Counted from the first letter of the whole stretch, positions 1 through 12,110 are shown. The stretch: 63,618 bases of DNA, filler included, from Octopus bimaculoides (GCF_001194135.2; 5 parts of 5 records of this genome joined end to end with filler, not necessarily neighbours in it); one strand, 5' to 3'. Program-made: numbers and translations. The notes: generated by a model from the sequence alone, not told the origin.

Positions 1-100
1 ATCAATTTATTAATTAATAAATCAATTAACAATTAACAATTTTTACCAAGCCCATCGGTATGAAAGCACCATTATTGGTGGAGAACTTATTTAAAAGCTC

Positions 101-530
101 ATATATATTTATAAATATAATTAAGGGATCAGCAAATATTTGCTTCACCATATACCGAAGTTCAGAAATAGCAGCTAAAAAAGCTGAGAATCCCACAGAT
201 AGCATCACTTGTAACTCACAAAGGCAAAAACAAGAAGAAAAAACAATGAAAACTAACCAATTCCGATGTTTAACAGTAGACGCGTTTCTAGATCATGATT
301 GATAATAATCAATTTCCTTCATCAATACTGTATTCCAGTAGTAAATTTGACTATGCTAGCAAACTATGTAAGCATGGACTAGTAAACATTTAAAAATTTA
401 CATGCCTTTGTGAGTTACAAGTGATGCTATCTGTGGGATTCTCAGCTTTTTTAGCTGCTATTTCTGAACTTCGGTATATGGTGAAGCAAATATTTTCTGA
501 TCCCTTAATTATATTTATATATATATATAC
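101..530. mobile_element. Foldback/MITE-like element with ~124-bp inverted arms, flanked by TA-rich tracts
   Basis: 103-226 (...ttaagggatcagcaaatatttgcttcacc...cacaaaggca) is the near-perfect reverse complement of 403-525 (tgcctttgtg...ggtgaagcaaatattttctgatcccttaa). Confidence 0.85.
273..331 (-). ncRNA. Type I hammerhead ribozyme motif (C3U core variant)
   Basis: Minus strand: ACAGTA-UUGAUGA-aggaa AUUGAU uauu AUCAAU caugaucua-GAAA-C GC G-UC-UACUGU. Stem I is a perfect 6 bp; stem III is the palindrome ACGCGU; the triplet is GUC. Confidence 0.7.
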
Positions 531-1104
531 ATATATATATATGATTAATGAGTGAGACAGAATATGGAAGATACAAGATATTGATTATTACAATTGTTTC
601 AACCCATCTAGCATCGATCCCTTGTGGGTGGGATTCTGAACATTTGGTTTAGGTGTATACTTTGGTGTAAATGTGTCTCCCCAGGTGATTTTAATAGGTA
701 TCTTGTTAAAATAAACTCTGTTTCAAAAGATTTCTTTTTGATCTTTGTATATAGAAGTGGCAAATTAAGGTATAGAGCTTCATTCTTTTAGAAGATTCAT
801 AGCAAATATTAGCTACAAAAAGAAACAAATACACAATACAGCAAAGAAAGTATTAGATATAACCTTTAGTAGATATAGATGTACAAACACCCCCACATAC
901 ATGGTGTGGTGCATGGACACTCACTTGTACAAACACATACACAGATACAAGTACATGCACATGTGGCTTTGCACACATACTCGTGCACAGAATTAAGTAG
1001 ATATTAATAAAGTCAGTGGCTATTATTAGCTAGTGACACTAGTCTGATTGGTGAAGAGTCACAGATTCTGTTGCGTGGTTCACTGGGTCTGCATTGTGCA
1101 TTTG

Positions 1105-1360
1105 TTTCTTTTTTTAAAGCCTAGTACTTATTTTACAGGTATCTTTTATCAAACTGCTAAGTTACAGGGGTGTAAACACACCAAGACCGGTTGTCTAGTA
1201 GTGATTGGGGGACAAACACAGACACAAAGGCACACACACACAAACATATACACAATGGTCTTTTTTTTCAGTTCCCATCTATTAAATCCACTCACAAGGC
1301 TTTGGTTGGCCTAAGGCTATAGTAGAAGACACTTACCCTAGGTGCCATGCAGTGTGCGGT
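1105..1360 (-). mobile_element. tRNA-derived SINE family A, CpG-decayed partial copy
   Basis: Aligns by eye with copies at 24998-25745 and 42934-43319 (gcctagtactta...gctaagttac...aatccactcacaaggctttgg...tagtagaagacactt). Confidence 0.75.
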
Positions 1361-2084
1361 TGGGATACAATAGGTTGTTTCAATAAATGCGTTTTCAAAC
1401 AGCATTTTCGCACAACAAATGGAATAAAATGGTCCTTTGTTGAGTATACCACTATACTATGCTTGGAAAATAGTTCTCCTGGCCCCAAAGCTTTAAATAA
1501 AATAGGACAGAGATGTGTAGTTTACCTGAAGGAATATGTATGCTGTGTGATACTACATTTAAGGTCATTAACTGTGACTTCTGTGCAACTTCTCAAGATC
1601 TTGTCTAGTGGGGCTAGAGTCACCTTATTAAGTGATTGTTATGGAAGAGCAGAATCCTTTTAGTGGACAGGTAGATTAATATTGAATGCTGCTGCTGCAG
1701 ATAAATAGCTTGGACAAGGATTGTGTCGGTACATGATTTGTCTGATGTTGGTTGCAATAGATACTTGCACACACACACAAACAAACATCCATACATATCA
1801 TATAATTCAATTTATTCACTTTTGTATAGTGGCAAGTGGTAGATGGAAATTATAAATTTTTCAAATTACCTTAAATATTTCAAAATGAAAGTAGGGAAAT
1901 ACAAATAAAGTCAGTATCATTTATATGTAATAACATTACTAAATTTGTAGCCCTGTGCTCTCTTTTCAACACATATTTCGTGTCAGTAAAGCCATCTGTT
2001 TGAGGGAAAATAATAATTCAGGTGTGCAGTTTAGGGGAAAAGGTGAAGTTAAAAGAAAGAGGAATGAACGAAAACAGAGGGCTT

Positions 2085-2374
2085 TGTGCAGTTTATAATA
2101 GCCAAACCATTATGGGGAGTAAACAAACCAGCATCAATTATCAAGTGATGGTAATGAGGGACAAACAGATATGTGCAGACATATATGCTTACACACATAC
2201 ATCCATATATGAAGGGCTTCTACACAGTTTCCATCTATCAAATTCACTCACAAGGCATTGGTTAACCTAGCTTTACATAAAAAAAAACATATCCAAAAGA
2301 GTTTGCAGTGGGATTGAACATGAAATTATGTGGTTGCAAATAGAGTTTCATAACCACACAACCATGCCTGCACC
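2085..2374 (-). mobile_element. SINE family A, old degenerate copy
   Basis: Contains gaagggcttc...aaattcactcacaaggcattgg...gcagtgggattgaac...accacacaaccatgcctgcacct, matching the family A head. Confidence 0.65.
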
Positions 2375-2649
2375 TACAGGTGAAACTTTTTTCATGAATC
2401 TAAAATTAATTTATATGTTAGGAAATGAAGATAGAGAAATTCAAGTAAAGACGATATTATTTTTATGAATTTAAAACTAAATTTTTTTGATTAATGCTCA
2501 CGTTTTCACATACATGCCTCTTTAGTGCAGTCTTATAGTTCAAATAAAATTACAGGTATGCTGCTTAGGAAAAAGAAAAAGAGAATTTAGACAACAAAAT
2601 TGCTGAAAATGTCTAAAGGTTATATGCATTTTAAAACAGCATGTACAAT

Positions 2650-2692
<43 letters not shown>

Positions 2693-3769
2693 TTGTTAGA
2701 TGTATAATATATGCTGAAAATGTTTTTATTTCATTATATTTTCTTTTCCAATCTGCACTTTGCAACATATATAGTAATTTGAAGAAAAAAAAAAAAAGAA
2801 AAAGAAAAAAGAAAATTAAATTTTCATTCAGTTCTCTCTTCTATGCACACATAAGAACAAACAGGAATGTATTCAAGATTAAATGAATCTTCAGCTCACT
2901 CTGAAGAGTGTTGTTTTTTTGTATGATGACATCATAACATCTTCATTTTCAGATCATGGTCAGAGGCTTAGATGGAACCAGAAAGTTAAATTTGATTTAG
3001 TTACACTACAGCTTGTAATGCCTACACTGAAAGAAAAAAAAAGATAAATTTTATTACACATGTAAAATAAAGGAGATTGCTTTGACATATTCCATAGTTG
3101 GTTGACCAGTTTTCAGAACATGAGCATCCCTCACTCATTTATCAATGAAAAGAACTGCACAGCAATCAGTCACAAACTAGTACATAGCTGTAATAGTTCA
3201 TTTCAATAGCATGTATTATACACAGACGGACAGATAGATAAATAGACAGATGTAAATATATAAAAGCTGTTGGTTTCCTTTTACCACTAAACATAGTGTG
3301 TAGTTGCCACAGCTACTAAACATTAGCACTGTTACATTTGCATGGAAATATGAAAGAGCCTTTCATAAACTTCACAAATAATTTGATGCAATTCAGAACA
3401 GGTAGGTGATGATTTATTCTCCGTTATAAAATACAATGATTACCATACATGAAATAACGTAGTTTAATGAAGATGCTATGGACTGTTGATCTTGTAGACA
3501 TAGTTGACATACTGTTTGGTGGTGTGTAGAGGCAGCTGTTGGTCTGTTGGCCATGTGACATTCATACAGCAATGATGCATGTGGTCAGTGACGCATGCCA
3601 AAGAATTTCTTTATTTGCCTATGGAGGCATACATACAGGGGACAGAATAGGGACGGTCTTTATAGAGGGCTGGGGTTACAATCATAATGATAAAAAGTGA
3701 TTAAATCGTATGTTAAATTGAAAAGATAAATGAGAATAAAAATTAAATGATTATAATTAACACAGTTCT

Positions 3770-3935
3770 TGAGCTTTTATTTAACCCACCGGCTTTTTCC
3801 TTTTTTTACCTATGTTTTCCGTTCCTTTTTTTTCCTTCTGTTTCACCTTGACCGGCTACACTAGCACAGCCCCATTCAATTTCAGCTTCTTTACAACAGT
3901 TATCCATCTTTTCTTGAACATTCTGTTATAGCAGG
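3770..3935 (-). mobile_element. Tx1/L1-clade LINE extreme 3' end (ORF2 C-terminus plus 3' UTR)
   Basis: Minus strand translates as YNRMFKKRWITVVKKLKLNGAVLV*, followed by an A-rich tail region; 3879-3935 is an inverted copy of 4860-4915. Confidence 0.7.
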
Positions 3936-4918
3936 TTGGTAGAGTACGAGTCCGATGACGTCCTGGGAGAGGCTCTGGGCTTCGATGGGAACTAGCTAGT
4001 CAATCTGTTCGGAAGGACAATCAGGCCAGAGTATCTGGATAATTTCCAGAAATCCTTGGCTTGGCTGTGCTACCGATTGGCCTGACCAGTTTATAAGAAT
4101 TGGATGAGATATGATGGCTTGGCCATCTCTCCCCAGTTCTTATATTAATCATTAAAATCCAGAAATACAACAACACGAGGGATAAGGGTAACAACAGATC
4201 AATAGTTTATTCTAGATTGGTGTAGAGCCGTTTCATTCCTGGGTGAATAGGCATGCCGCTAAAATGCCAAAGGAAGCTTCGACCACATGTCGGGGTTGAG
4301 TTGGGACAGGCTGGAAGAACGTCTTGTCACGACACCTGCTGGATGGAAAAGAGATACGTGTTGTCGCCACCGCTGCTAGAGAGAAAAGAGAGCGAACGCT
4401 ATTGCTTTTTCTCCACCTGTTGCATTGCGCATGCGTGCTCGGGTACTTCTGCTGACGGCAAGTCCCTTGCACATGCGCAATGGCACTTCCCCAGATGGCG
4501 GCCAAATGGCGGCCAAACGCGCCACTACAAGTTCGAGAGAGGTGTGGACGCGTCAGTGAAACTCATGCACGCTTTTGTACATTGTGAGGAATTGAGGGGA
4601 CTTATAATCTATGTTGAACAACTGATGTCAGAAATAGAAAGAGTACGGCTATTGACTGAGTCCATCATTAAGATTGTACTGCCTTCTTCCTTTAATAAGA
4701 AAAGAGAGGTGCCCTTTCTCTGTGTAGTAGCCATACTGAAAGAGACAGTATGGATGACGCATGGAAGGGGAATTGAGACAGGCAACTTTATCTCCGGACA
4801 CAGGTTGGTAAGTCATTTTAACTACCACCTGATAAGAAAGATCCATCTGGAGAAAAGTACCTGCCTAAAAGAATGTTCAAGAAAAGAGGGATAACTGTTG
4901 TAAAGAAGCTGAAATAAG
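3936..4918 (+). pseudogene. Tx1/L1-clade LINE ORF2 C-terminal fragment, split by a solo LTR
   Basis: DDVLGEALGFDG..NFQKSLAWLCYR and MHAFVHC..ESIIKIVLP..KETVW are homologous to the fragment at 26234-26697 (DNVLGETLG..NFQKYLAWQYY..TLVQC..ESIMKIAPLP..KEVVW). It contains stops. Confidence 0.8.
4140..4529 (-). mobile_element. Solo LTR (390 bp, 5-bp TSD), Gypsy/Bel-type
   Basis: AGTTC is duplicated at 4135-4139 and 4530-4534. The minus strand starts TGTAGTGG and has AATAAA ~70 nt before its end (plus tttatt 4206-4211); it ends TAA rather than CA. Removing it rejoins the LINE sequence. Confidence 0.85.
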
Positions 4919-6489
4919 TGAGTCTTACCGTTAAGTTTCTTTCCGCCATCACCTTACAATATTATAAGTGACCTGAATGACGGTTTATAACATCTGGTAC
5001 TTTATGAACTTGAAGAAGTATTGCAACTTATGTGTAGAACAGTGCATTGCTGGTAAGCTGACATGAACAGTTGAGTTCTTTTGACATCTCTGGTTGTGAC
5101 ATATTTCTTAACTAAATGCTGCATTCATAATGAACTTTCACTATATTTATTATTTTCAAATCGTTTTTCTAAGAAATATTGACTTGATACCGCGAGCTGG
5201 CTCCAAACTTATTGAATCAATAGATTCATGCAATTATGCTTGGCGAGAGGGAAATCTAACGAACATTGTGCCACAGAATGAGGTTTAATCCTGTGTTGAC
5301 ATTAAATAATTGAACGATGGATGTTGGCATTATTAAATACCTGAATTTGTAAATTAACAGGCCAACATCCAATGTCTCAGACTCGCCGATATCTTATTTG
5401 AAATATTTCCTGCTTGTTTAGACATCTTGTTTACCAATATTCATTTTAAATAATGTCTTTATATAAGTACTAACTTATAAAGAATTTTCAGTGGTAAAAG
5501 AAGTTCAGTAATTCCAGGTTCCAGAAAGCCAAGTTCAAAAGTAAGGATTAAGCAGGTTTAACACAGCAAAGATGAAACCGTTACGTGTTCTCCCGACCTG
5601 TTAGAAATAGCAGCCAAATCTTCCTTAAACTATACCATAGCGTCTAAAAAGCAAAACAGAGGATACTTTACACTTCGAAAATTGTAGTAAAAAAAAAGTG
5701 AGTCACGATGAAACATCTCTATCATATGTCTTCTCCGTAAGAGTCGGCCCAATGCATAACAAAAATAGCAACAACTATATATGCAGTTAAAGCTCTATGA
5801 GTCTTAAAAAAAACATTATCATAACGTTAAATTCGGTAATTTCATATGTATACCCATTGTGAGAGATTTAACATTGGTTTTATATTTGTGTCAACGTTAT
5901 ATTGGACTGTTGTTTCTAGCAAATAGTCCTGTCTCATCCACACTCACTTATTCAGACCACTTTAGAATCAAAACAACAAATATAATGCTGTAATTTTTAA
6001 TACAACAAAACTGCCTTATCATATATCTCAAGAAAATTTTCTTCAGTGAGGAATTTCAAAACATCTTGTTTCACCAATACATTTTAGCTAGAAATTCACT
6101 TCCTGTTGTCTACATTGCTGAATGTCCTTTCTTACTAGAAAAAAAAAAAAAAAGGAAAGAAAAATTTTACTCTGAAATTCAAACTTTAACCTTTTCCTTG
6201 GAGAGCTTTTTATTTCATTATGTTCTCCTTTTCTTCTAATTATTTGTTTGTTTCTTAATCATTTTTCAGGAGAGATAGACGAACTAGGCACGTTTTAGTT
6301 TATATCTCTGTATCTTTCGGTAATTTCAATTTCAATATAACAAATATTTCCAATATAATATAATAATAAATATAAAATACCCCCTCAATAGAATCAGTAA
6401 TTGTAACTGTTCCAACGACCTCATAAGTTGTGTAGGCGGTAGCATGGATGTAGTTTCACTCTATCCGTCAACTGATATAAGATTTCTCT

Positions 6490-7535
6490 GTGGAAAAATA
6501 CATTGAGATTATCTGTAAGACTGAAGTAGAATTCTGCGTGGCTAATACGAAGGAACTGGGCCTCCTCCTAAAACTAACCTTTGACAATAATTACCTAGAC
6601 AACCATGATCTAAGTAGATTCTGCCCCACCAGATCTGAATGGAGAAAACCACTCACCATCACCTTGGCAGTGAAGAAGAGCACCACAGAATGCTGGAGTT
6701 GGTGGACCCAGAGAACAGCAATCAGGTGAAAAGGATGATTGCGCATGCTATAGGTGCTGGCGTGAAAACGACCTTGAAGAACCACATGGTAGAGTTTGAC
6801 CAGAAACTATGTATATGTAGGTTTAAGGAGCAGCCATCAGTGGCTGTGTAGCTGGGGATGTGGTTGGCCTCTTCATGACCTGATGGGACAATCCCTAGAT
6901 GAACAATCTATAACAGTATTTCTATACTGTAGGTATATCATCATTATGTAGATGATATAAATATTCTAGTTAAGACAACCCCATGTGACCGTACAAAAGA
7001 AACAGAGGAGCATGATGGAGAGCATCCAGTATATAGCTAACTCCATCCATAAAAATATCACGGTAACTATAGATTATCCTACCTGGCACCCTAACAATAG
7101 ACTCCCAGTCCTTTATAATGAACTTTGGTTAGAGACCGTAAACAACAAAGTACACCTCCTCCATTCCTATTGCATGAAACTCATGGCTTCTAAACACATT
7201 GTCCACAAGAACCCAGCCTTGTCACACAATATGAACATTAACATACTAGTAGCATGCTTGGGATAATGAATAATGTATCTTCCCTTTTCAAACCCAATGA
7301 AACAAAAAAAACATACACAGAACTTCATGCACTGCATGCAATTCTCTGGGTACGACCAGAGAGATAGGATTCAAATATACAGGGGAGCCAGAAAAAAAAT
7401 AGATAACATCATATGCAATGGTGCCAGAGGTACCCACCCTAGATACCGAAATCAAGACTGGAACAGTATACAGAGTATTTGTGACAAAGCAAACAGAGTG
7501 AACACATGTTTCAAAGCTGATAAATATCACGGAGT
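6490..7535 (+). pseudogene. Penelope-like retroelement reverse transcriptase fragment
   Basis: Pieces GVKTTLKNHMVEFDQK, HYVDD, TVTIDYPTWHPNNRLPVL, HSYCMKLMASKHIVH, CMQFSGYD..R and PRYR.QDWN match PLE RT palm/thumb motifs. There are several stops and frameshifts, and no GIY-YIG domain remains. Confidence 0.75.
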
Positions 7536-9520
7536 GATCGGGTCGATGTTGCTGTATAAAGCAATGATCCACCCGCGGAAGACGGGGCCGAGCCCGAATG
7601 CTGCGAGAACCGACACCAGATATCGATGGTCAACCCTGTCAAAAGCTCTGGACTGGTCTAAACGGACCAGCACCTCACCCTTACCAGGAGACCCGTAAAC
7701 CCTCTCTAAGGTGTAGCGTAGAAAGTGGAGATTGTCGTGTATGGATCTACCAGGAATGGCACAAGTTTGTGCCTCCCCGACAATTCCACCCATGACATGC
7801 GCCAACCTTTTTGCTAACACCTTGGCCAAAAACCTCAACAGATTTTGCTAACACCTTGGCCAAAATCCTCAACAGATTTTGCTAACACCTTGGCCAAAAT
7901 CCTCAACAGATTTTGCTAACACCTTGGCAAAAATCCTCAACAGATTTTGATAACACCTTGGCCAAAATCCTCAACAGTTAAGCAGAGTGGTGGACCTGAA
8001 ATTATCTGTAATGTCCCCCCTTGTTTGGGTCCTTTCTAAGCAGCGTTACCACTCCCCATCTCACAAATCTGGGTATAAACCCTTCTGTTGCCAGTTGGTG
8101 AATACACATGCCAGTAGGTGTCCGAACAATTCAGGCATACTGTTATAAGGCTTGTAGGGGAGACCATCTAGTCCCAACGACTTGTTCCTGCTGCACCCTC
8201 CTGTGCCTTGTTCCCAACAAAGCCTACTGCGCCTCCACAGCTGTGATCGGCCCCTCACAGCACTCTGCTTCCCGCCCCGAGAGATGCAGCACGCCAGCAA
8301 AGAAGTCCGTGAGGTCGCTCCTACATTCCAGCCCGCCGCCCCTCCTGAAAAGCAGGGCTAAATGCTCCTGAAAGACCTTACACATCTCCTCGGGTTCGTT
8401 TACCAAGTTCTCTTATAGTGCCATTATTTCCACGTTGGGTTTCTGTCACACGGGCCCATCCCGCGGCTTTGATGCCTTCCCGACCCATTGTACGTTGCTC
8501 ATCCCTGACTACGCATCCTTTGTTTTGAGCCTTGAGGTGATGGTTAAGCGCCATTCTCACAGCTAAAACTCGGGGTGTGAGCCAGATTCCAATGCTTCGT
8601 CTAGGGCCTTAACTAAAGCCCTTTCTACTCAACTTTTCTTAGCCACTAACTCTTGGCTATACCTAACAGACTCAAATTTTATGACTCTTTTGAGGGCATA
8701 CCACCATTTATTGTTAATAATGGCACCACACAATGCCCTCATCATTAACTCTCTAATCTGACTCCTGTACTCCTCATGAACAAAAAGTGACTTCTTGAGT
8801 TTCCAGTTGCCGGATCCCTGTTTGCGTAACTTAGATAAATCCAGCCTACAGGTCACAAATCTGCGATCACTGTAGCTGACATAGTGAAACTGTGGACGAC
8901 TAACTAGGTTTTTGTCTACTTCCTTTATTAGAATCCTGTCTAAATAAGATCTAGATAACCCATCGCTATTAGTCCATGTTTACAATGAAGCGTCTGGGAC
9001 AGCTAGTTTGTACCTATTTGCCAGCTGAAGTCGACTGAACAGATTATTGAAGCACGGGTTTCCGCTCCTGTCAGTAGACGAGCCAACGTAATCTACGCAT
9101 GCATCACAGATTATGTTAAAGCCACCTAACATTACTATGGTGTGAGACGCCCCAAGAAACTGCTCCTGGCCTCGAAAAAATCAGTCTGTCCAGTTCCTGA
9201 GGGAACATAGACAGCTACCAACCTGAAAACCTTACTGCTGCTTAGGACGACCAACCTACCTTCCGGGTGCAATGTCTCTTCCTCCTCCAGGTAGTCATGG
9301 AGAAATAATTTTCTCGTAACTATTTAAGAAGAAGAAAAAACCCCGTCGACTACTCAGTCTGGACTCTGTGACATCCACTACATCCACCCTATGCGACCTG
9401 AGGTCATTCAAGAAACGACTTTATTTCCATTCTGCCTCGAGGCCGCGTACATTTAAACATCCAACATAAAGTGTATCCGTAACGTTGTACTCACGGTTGG
9501 AGATTGGGTAGCACTACCAT
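7535..9520 (-). pseudogene. Tx1/L1-clade LINE ORF2 (APE endonuclease plus N-terminal RT), 3'-truncated
   Basis: APE motifs GCLNVRGL, YLDRI and SDHRFV..GNWKL; RT motifs KSLGLDGLP, KVLAKRL..QTCAIPGRSIHDN and DQSRAFDRVDH. The frame is broken. Confidence 0.93.
7809..7977. repeat. Tandem repeat, 34 bp x 5, inside the LINE RT
   Basis: Unit ttttgctaacaccttggccaaaatcctcaacaga; the core g(c)taac recurs at 7813, 7847, 7881, 7915 and 7949. Confidence 0.97.
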
Positions 9521-10900
9521 CTCATCCCTTTTGTTTTTCATCCAGGGATTGCGGGGTGTCATTGACTAGACTCTCAGACATTAGTGGGGAAAAGTCTTTC
9601 CTCAGAAAGCCTGTCATTTTTAAACCGGTTTGCTAACCTATTATAGTTAGCCCCATCTATCTTGTTATATTTTGAGGGATGTTTTTCCTCTCAAAGTTTT
9701 TTTGTGATGTTGTCCGAATCTTTCAATTACTGATGTAGTGACTTGTTAGTCGTCACTACTGCAGTATAATCCATGTCTAGATGGGAGGGGAACATTTTGG
9801 GCTGGGATTTTTTGGTGGTTGTGTGTTCTGTTGATTGTTGTTTTTTATGTTTGTTGTAGGGCTAGTGGGGTCGGATGGGGAAGGTCGTTTCCTTCCTTTT
9901 CTGGAGTATATATCCCACCCTTCACCATTGCCTCCTTCCAATTCATCTTCTTCTGTTTCATTTTCAGGCGTTTCCTCATTTGGTTCTTCATCTGTTTTCT
10001 TTTCCTTTTGTTTTTTGACAGGTTGAGGAATCGCTGCTTTTTCAGTGGGTGGCACTCAGCTCTAATGTGGCTTTTTTGTCCTCACTTGTAGCAAACAGGC
10101 TTCCTCCTTCTACCATAACTCACAGCTTAGTCTCCCCCATCTGTATAGTTTCTATAATATTTTCTAAATCGGCCGGGGCAGCCTGTATAATCATTTCGAG
10201 GTCTTGCTCCTGTCAATTCTGCAGTCCCAGTGCTGAGGCTTGGAGAATTGTGATCTTATCCTCCAAGCCATTTATTATGGCTGCCACCGGCCAAGTGGGT
10301 CTACTTTGGGTTGGATATCTCCTACTCTGATCTTGGAAGTCAGCCTTCCAAGATAAGTAGGTAGGAGAACCACCTCTGCAGTTTTTAATGGCTCCGTTGA
10401 TGCTTGTTTTGATTTTTCCTCGGTTTTAAAATGAACTTCTATTGTGGCCTACTTCACTCCTCTTGTGATGTATGCCACGTTGTTCCAAACTGGACGGAGG
10501 CACAGTTCCACCGCCTCTTTACTTGCGTTGTCCAGTTATTTTTATTTTTTAATTTTTTTTTTGCTTTGGCCACAGATGATTTGTCTATTACGGTATACCG
10601 CAGTGCATTATGCATCGTTTCACTGGGAGGGGTAATCACTGTTTCGCTCCCCTCCCTCCCAGTTTTCATCATACCTTTGTATTTTCCGAGCTCATCGCTT
10701 CCACAATTTATTGTCTTTTGTGAGACACCAGCTGCTGTTGCAAAATTGCTAGCCTTTCTTCCTTGAATAAATTCTTCTGTCGGTATGCTATTTAAAACTG
10801 TGTTGCCTTCTCCACTTCTGATATCTTTCCATTCACTTGTACCAGGTTCACTACTGGTCTTGGCTTTAATAGGTTATTTGTCCTCTTTTTTTTTTTTGAA
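9480..10900 (-). pseudogene. Tx1/L1-clade LINE ORF1 remnant
   Basis: Lies directly upstream of ORF2 on the same strand. It has an ATIEVHFKTEE..VVLLPTYLGR segment and a K/E/P/N-rich tail (ORF track 9777-10055, 10454-10672), with many stops. Confidence 0.7.
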
Positions 10901-11339
10901 AAATACAACAATATTTTCCCCCCTCACACAAAGGAGAAAACATTCTGCCACAAGCAGAAAAACAGGTGTTTAAAAAACACTAAACAAAAGTTCAACTAAG
11001 TAATAATTCAACAGTGAAAATTCAACAAGTTAACCACAAATATTACAAATTACGCCACACCTTTCGAAAAATGCACGAACAAAACTCACGATCAACTCGG
11101 TCAGAGATGATTGTAACAACGATTTTTTAATTACACACAAGGGGCTAAATGCAGAGGAACAAATACATGTAGGACTGTACAAAACAAAAAACACAAAAGT
11201 AGGGAAATAAAGCGAATGAAAAAGGATGAGAGAAAATTAATGAAGGAGTGGAATGACGCCACTCGAACCCCACACCGAGCGACATCATTGAGTCAGTCAA
11301 TGTATCACATATATTTTGTTTCTCGTTTAGAAAAATATT

Positions 11340-12110
11340 TTTTACAATAGAAATTTTAAAAAAACTTTACTATCTAACAATCACTAGCTCATCCAGTTGA
11401 TCGTGTTCAATGACTGGAGGCAGTAAATCAATCACCACCTCCAGCCCCAACGGATTCACATCCGCCTCAGATTTCTCCCTCAACTTTAGGTAATTTTCTT
11501 CATCCATTAGTACACACCCCAACTCAGTGGGGGAAATCCCCCCACAGATTAATCCCACCTTTATCGTTGATTTCAGTTTTATAAATTTTTCTATACAGCG
11601 CTGCATTTTTTCTCTTATATGTCACTATGAATGATGTTTTGGGGAAAGAGGGCTGTGTGGTTTGCGGCTTTTGAGTGTCTGCAAGTGAATATGCAGGTGT
11701 TGGGTCGGTGTTTAGAGGGGTGGAACAGGGGTGGTGACTGTTTTGCAAGGTGTTAATGGTGGAGTTATGTTCTCTGTAGGGGATGAACATGTAAAATACT
11801 TGCTCTGTGTGTGAAACTGAGAGATATTATTTTAGGGGGAGTATCTTTTGTATCCTTTTTCTTTTCTTTTCTTTTTTTTTTGTAGCTGGTTCATTGTTGC
11901 TGCTTTCTTCCTCGTTGCTGATCTCAGTTGATTTTGTCTCCAAATGGGTTTCTTCCTTGGGGCTGTTTTTGGGCTGCATTGCTGTGGTCTCAGTTACTTT
12001 TTGCTTTTCTATTGGGATGTCTTGTGCTGGGTTGGTACCTCTGTTAGTCTCCTGCAGTTTGTCTGTTAGGTTGGCGAGTTTTTCAGTACACCCTACCAAC
12101 AAACAAAACT
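11340..12110 (-). pseudogene. Possible second retroelement ORF1/gag-like remnant
   Basis: Minus-strand ORF pieces 11827-12102 (K/E/T-rich, KKKEKKRKR) and 11370-11606; supported by composition only, with no diagnostic motif. Confidence 0.35.

Noticed and set aside
590-612. Half hammerhead GAAAC-AAUU-GUA on the minus strand
   Set aside because: The CUGAnGA strand and the 5' arm of stem II are missing, so it was not counted as a ribozyme.
4253-4894. 213-aa ORF as a novel gene
   Set aside because: It is a chance fusion of antisense solo-LTR sequence and the Tx1 ORF2 C-terminus.
7809-7977. 34-bp repeats resembling a CRISPR array
   Set aside because: The copies are contiguous with no spacers, derive from RT coding sequence, and lie in eukaryotic context.
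11245-11300. GGTTCGAG B-box-like / TGATG motif upstream of the Tx1 5' end, as an snRNA or tRNA target
   Set aside because: It forms no cloverleaf and I recognise no snRNA or snoRNA match.
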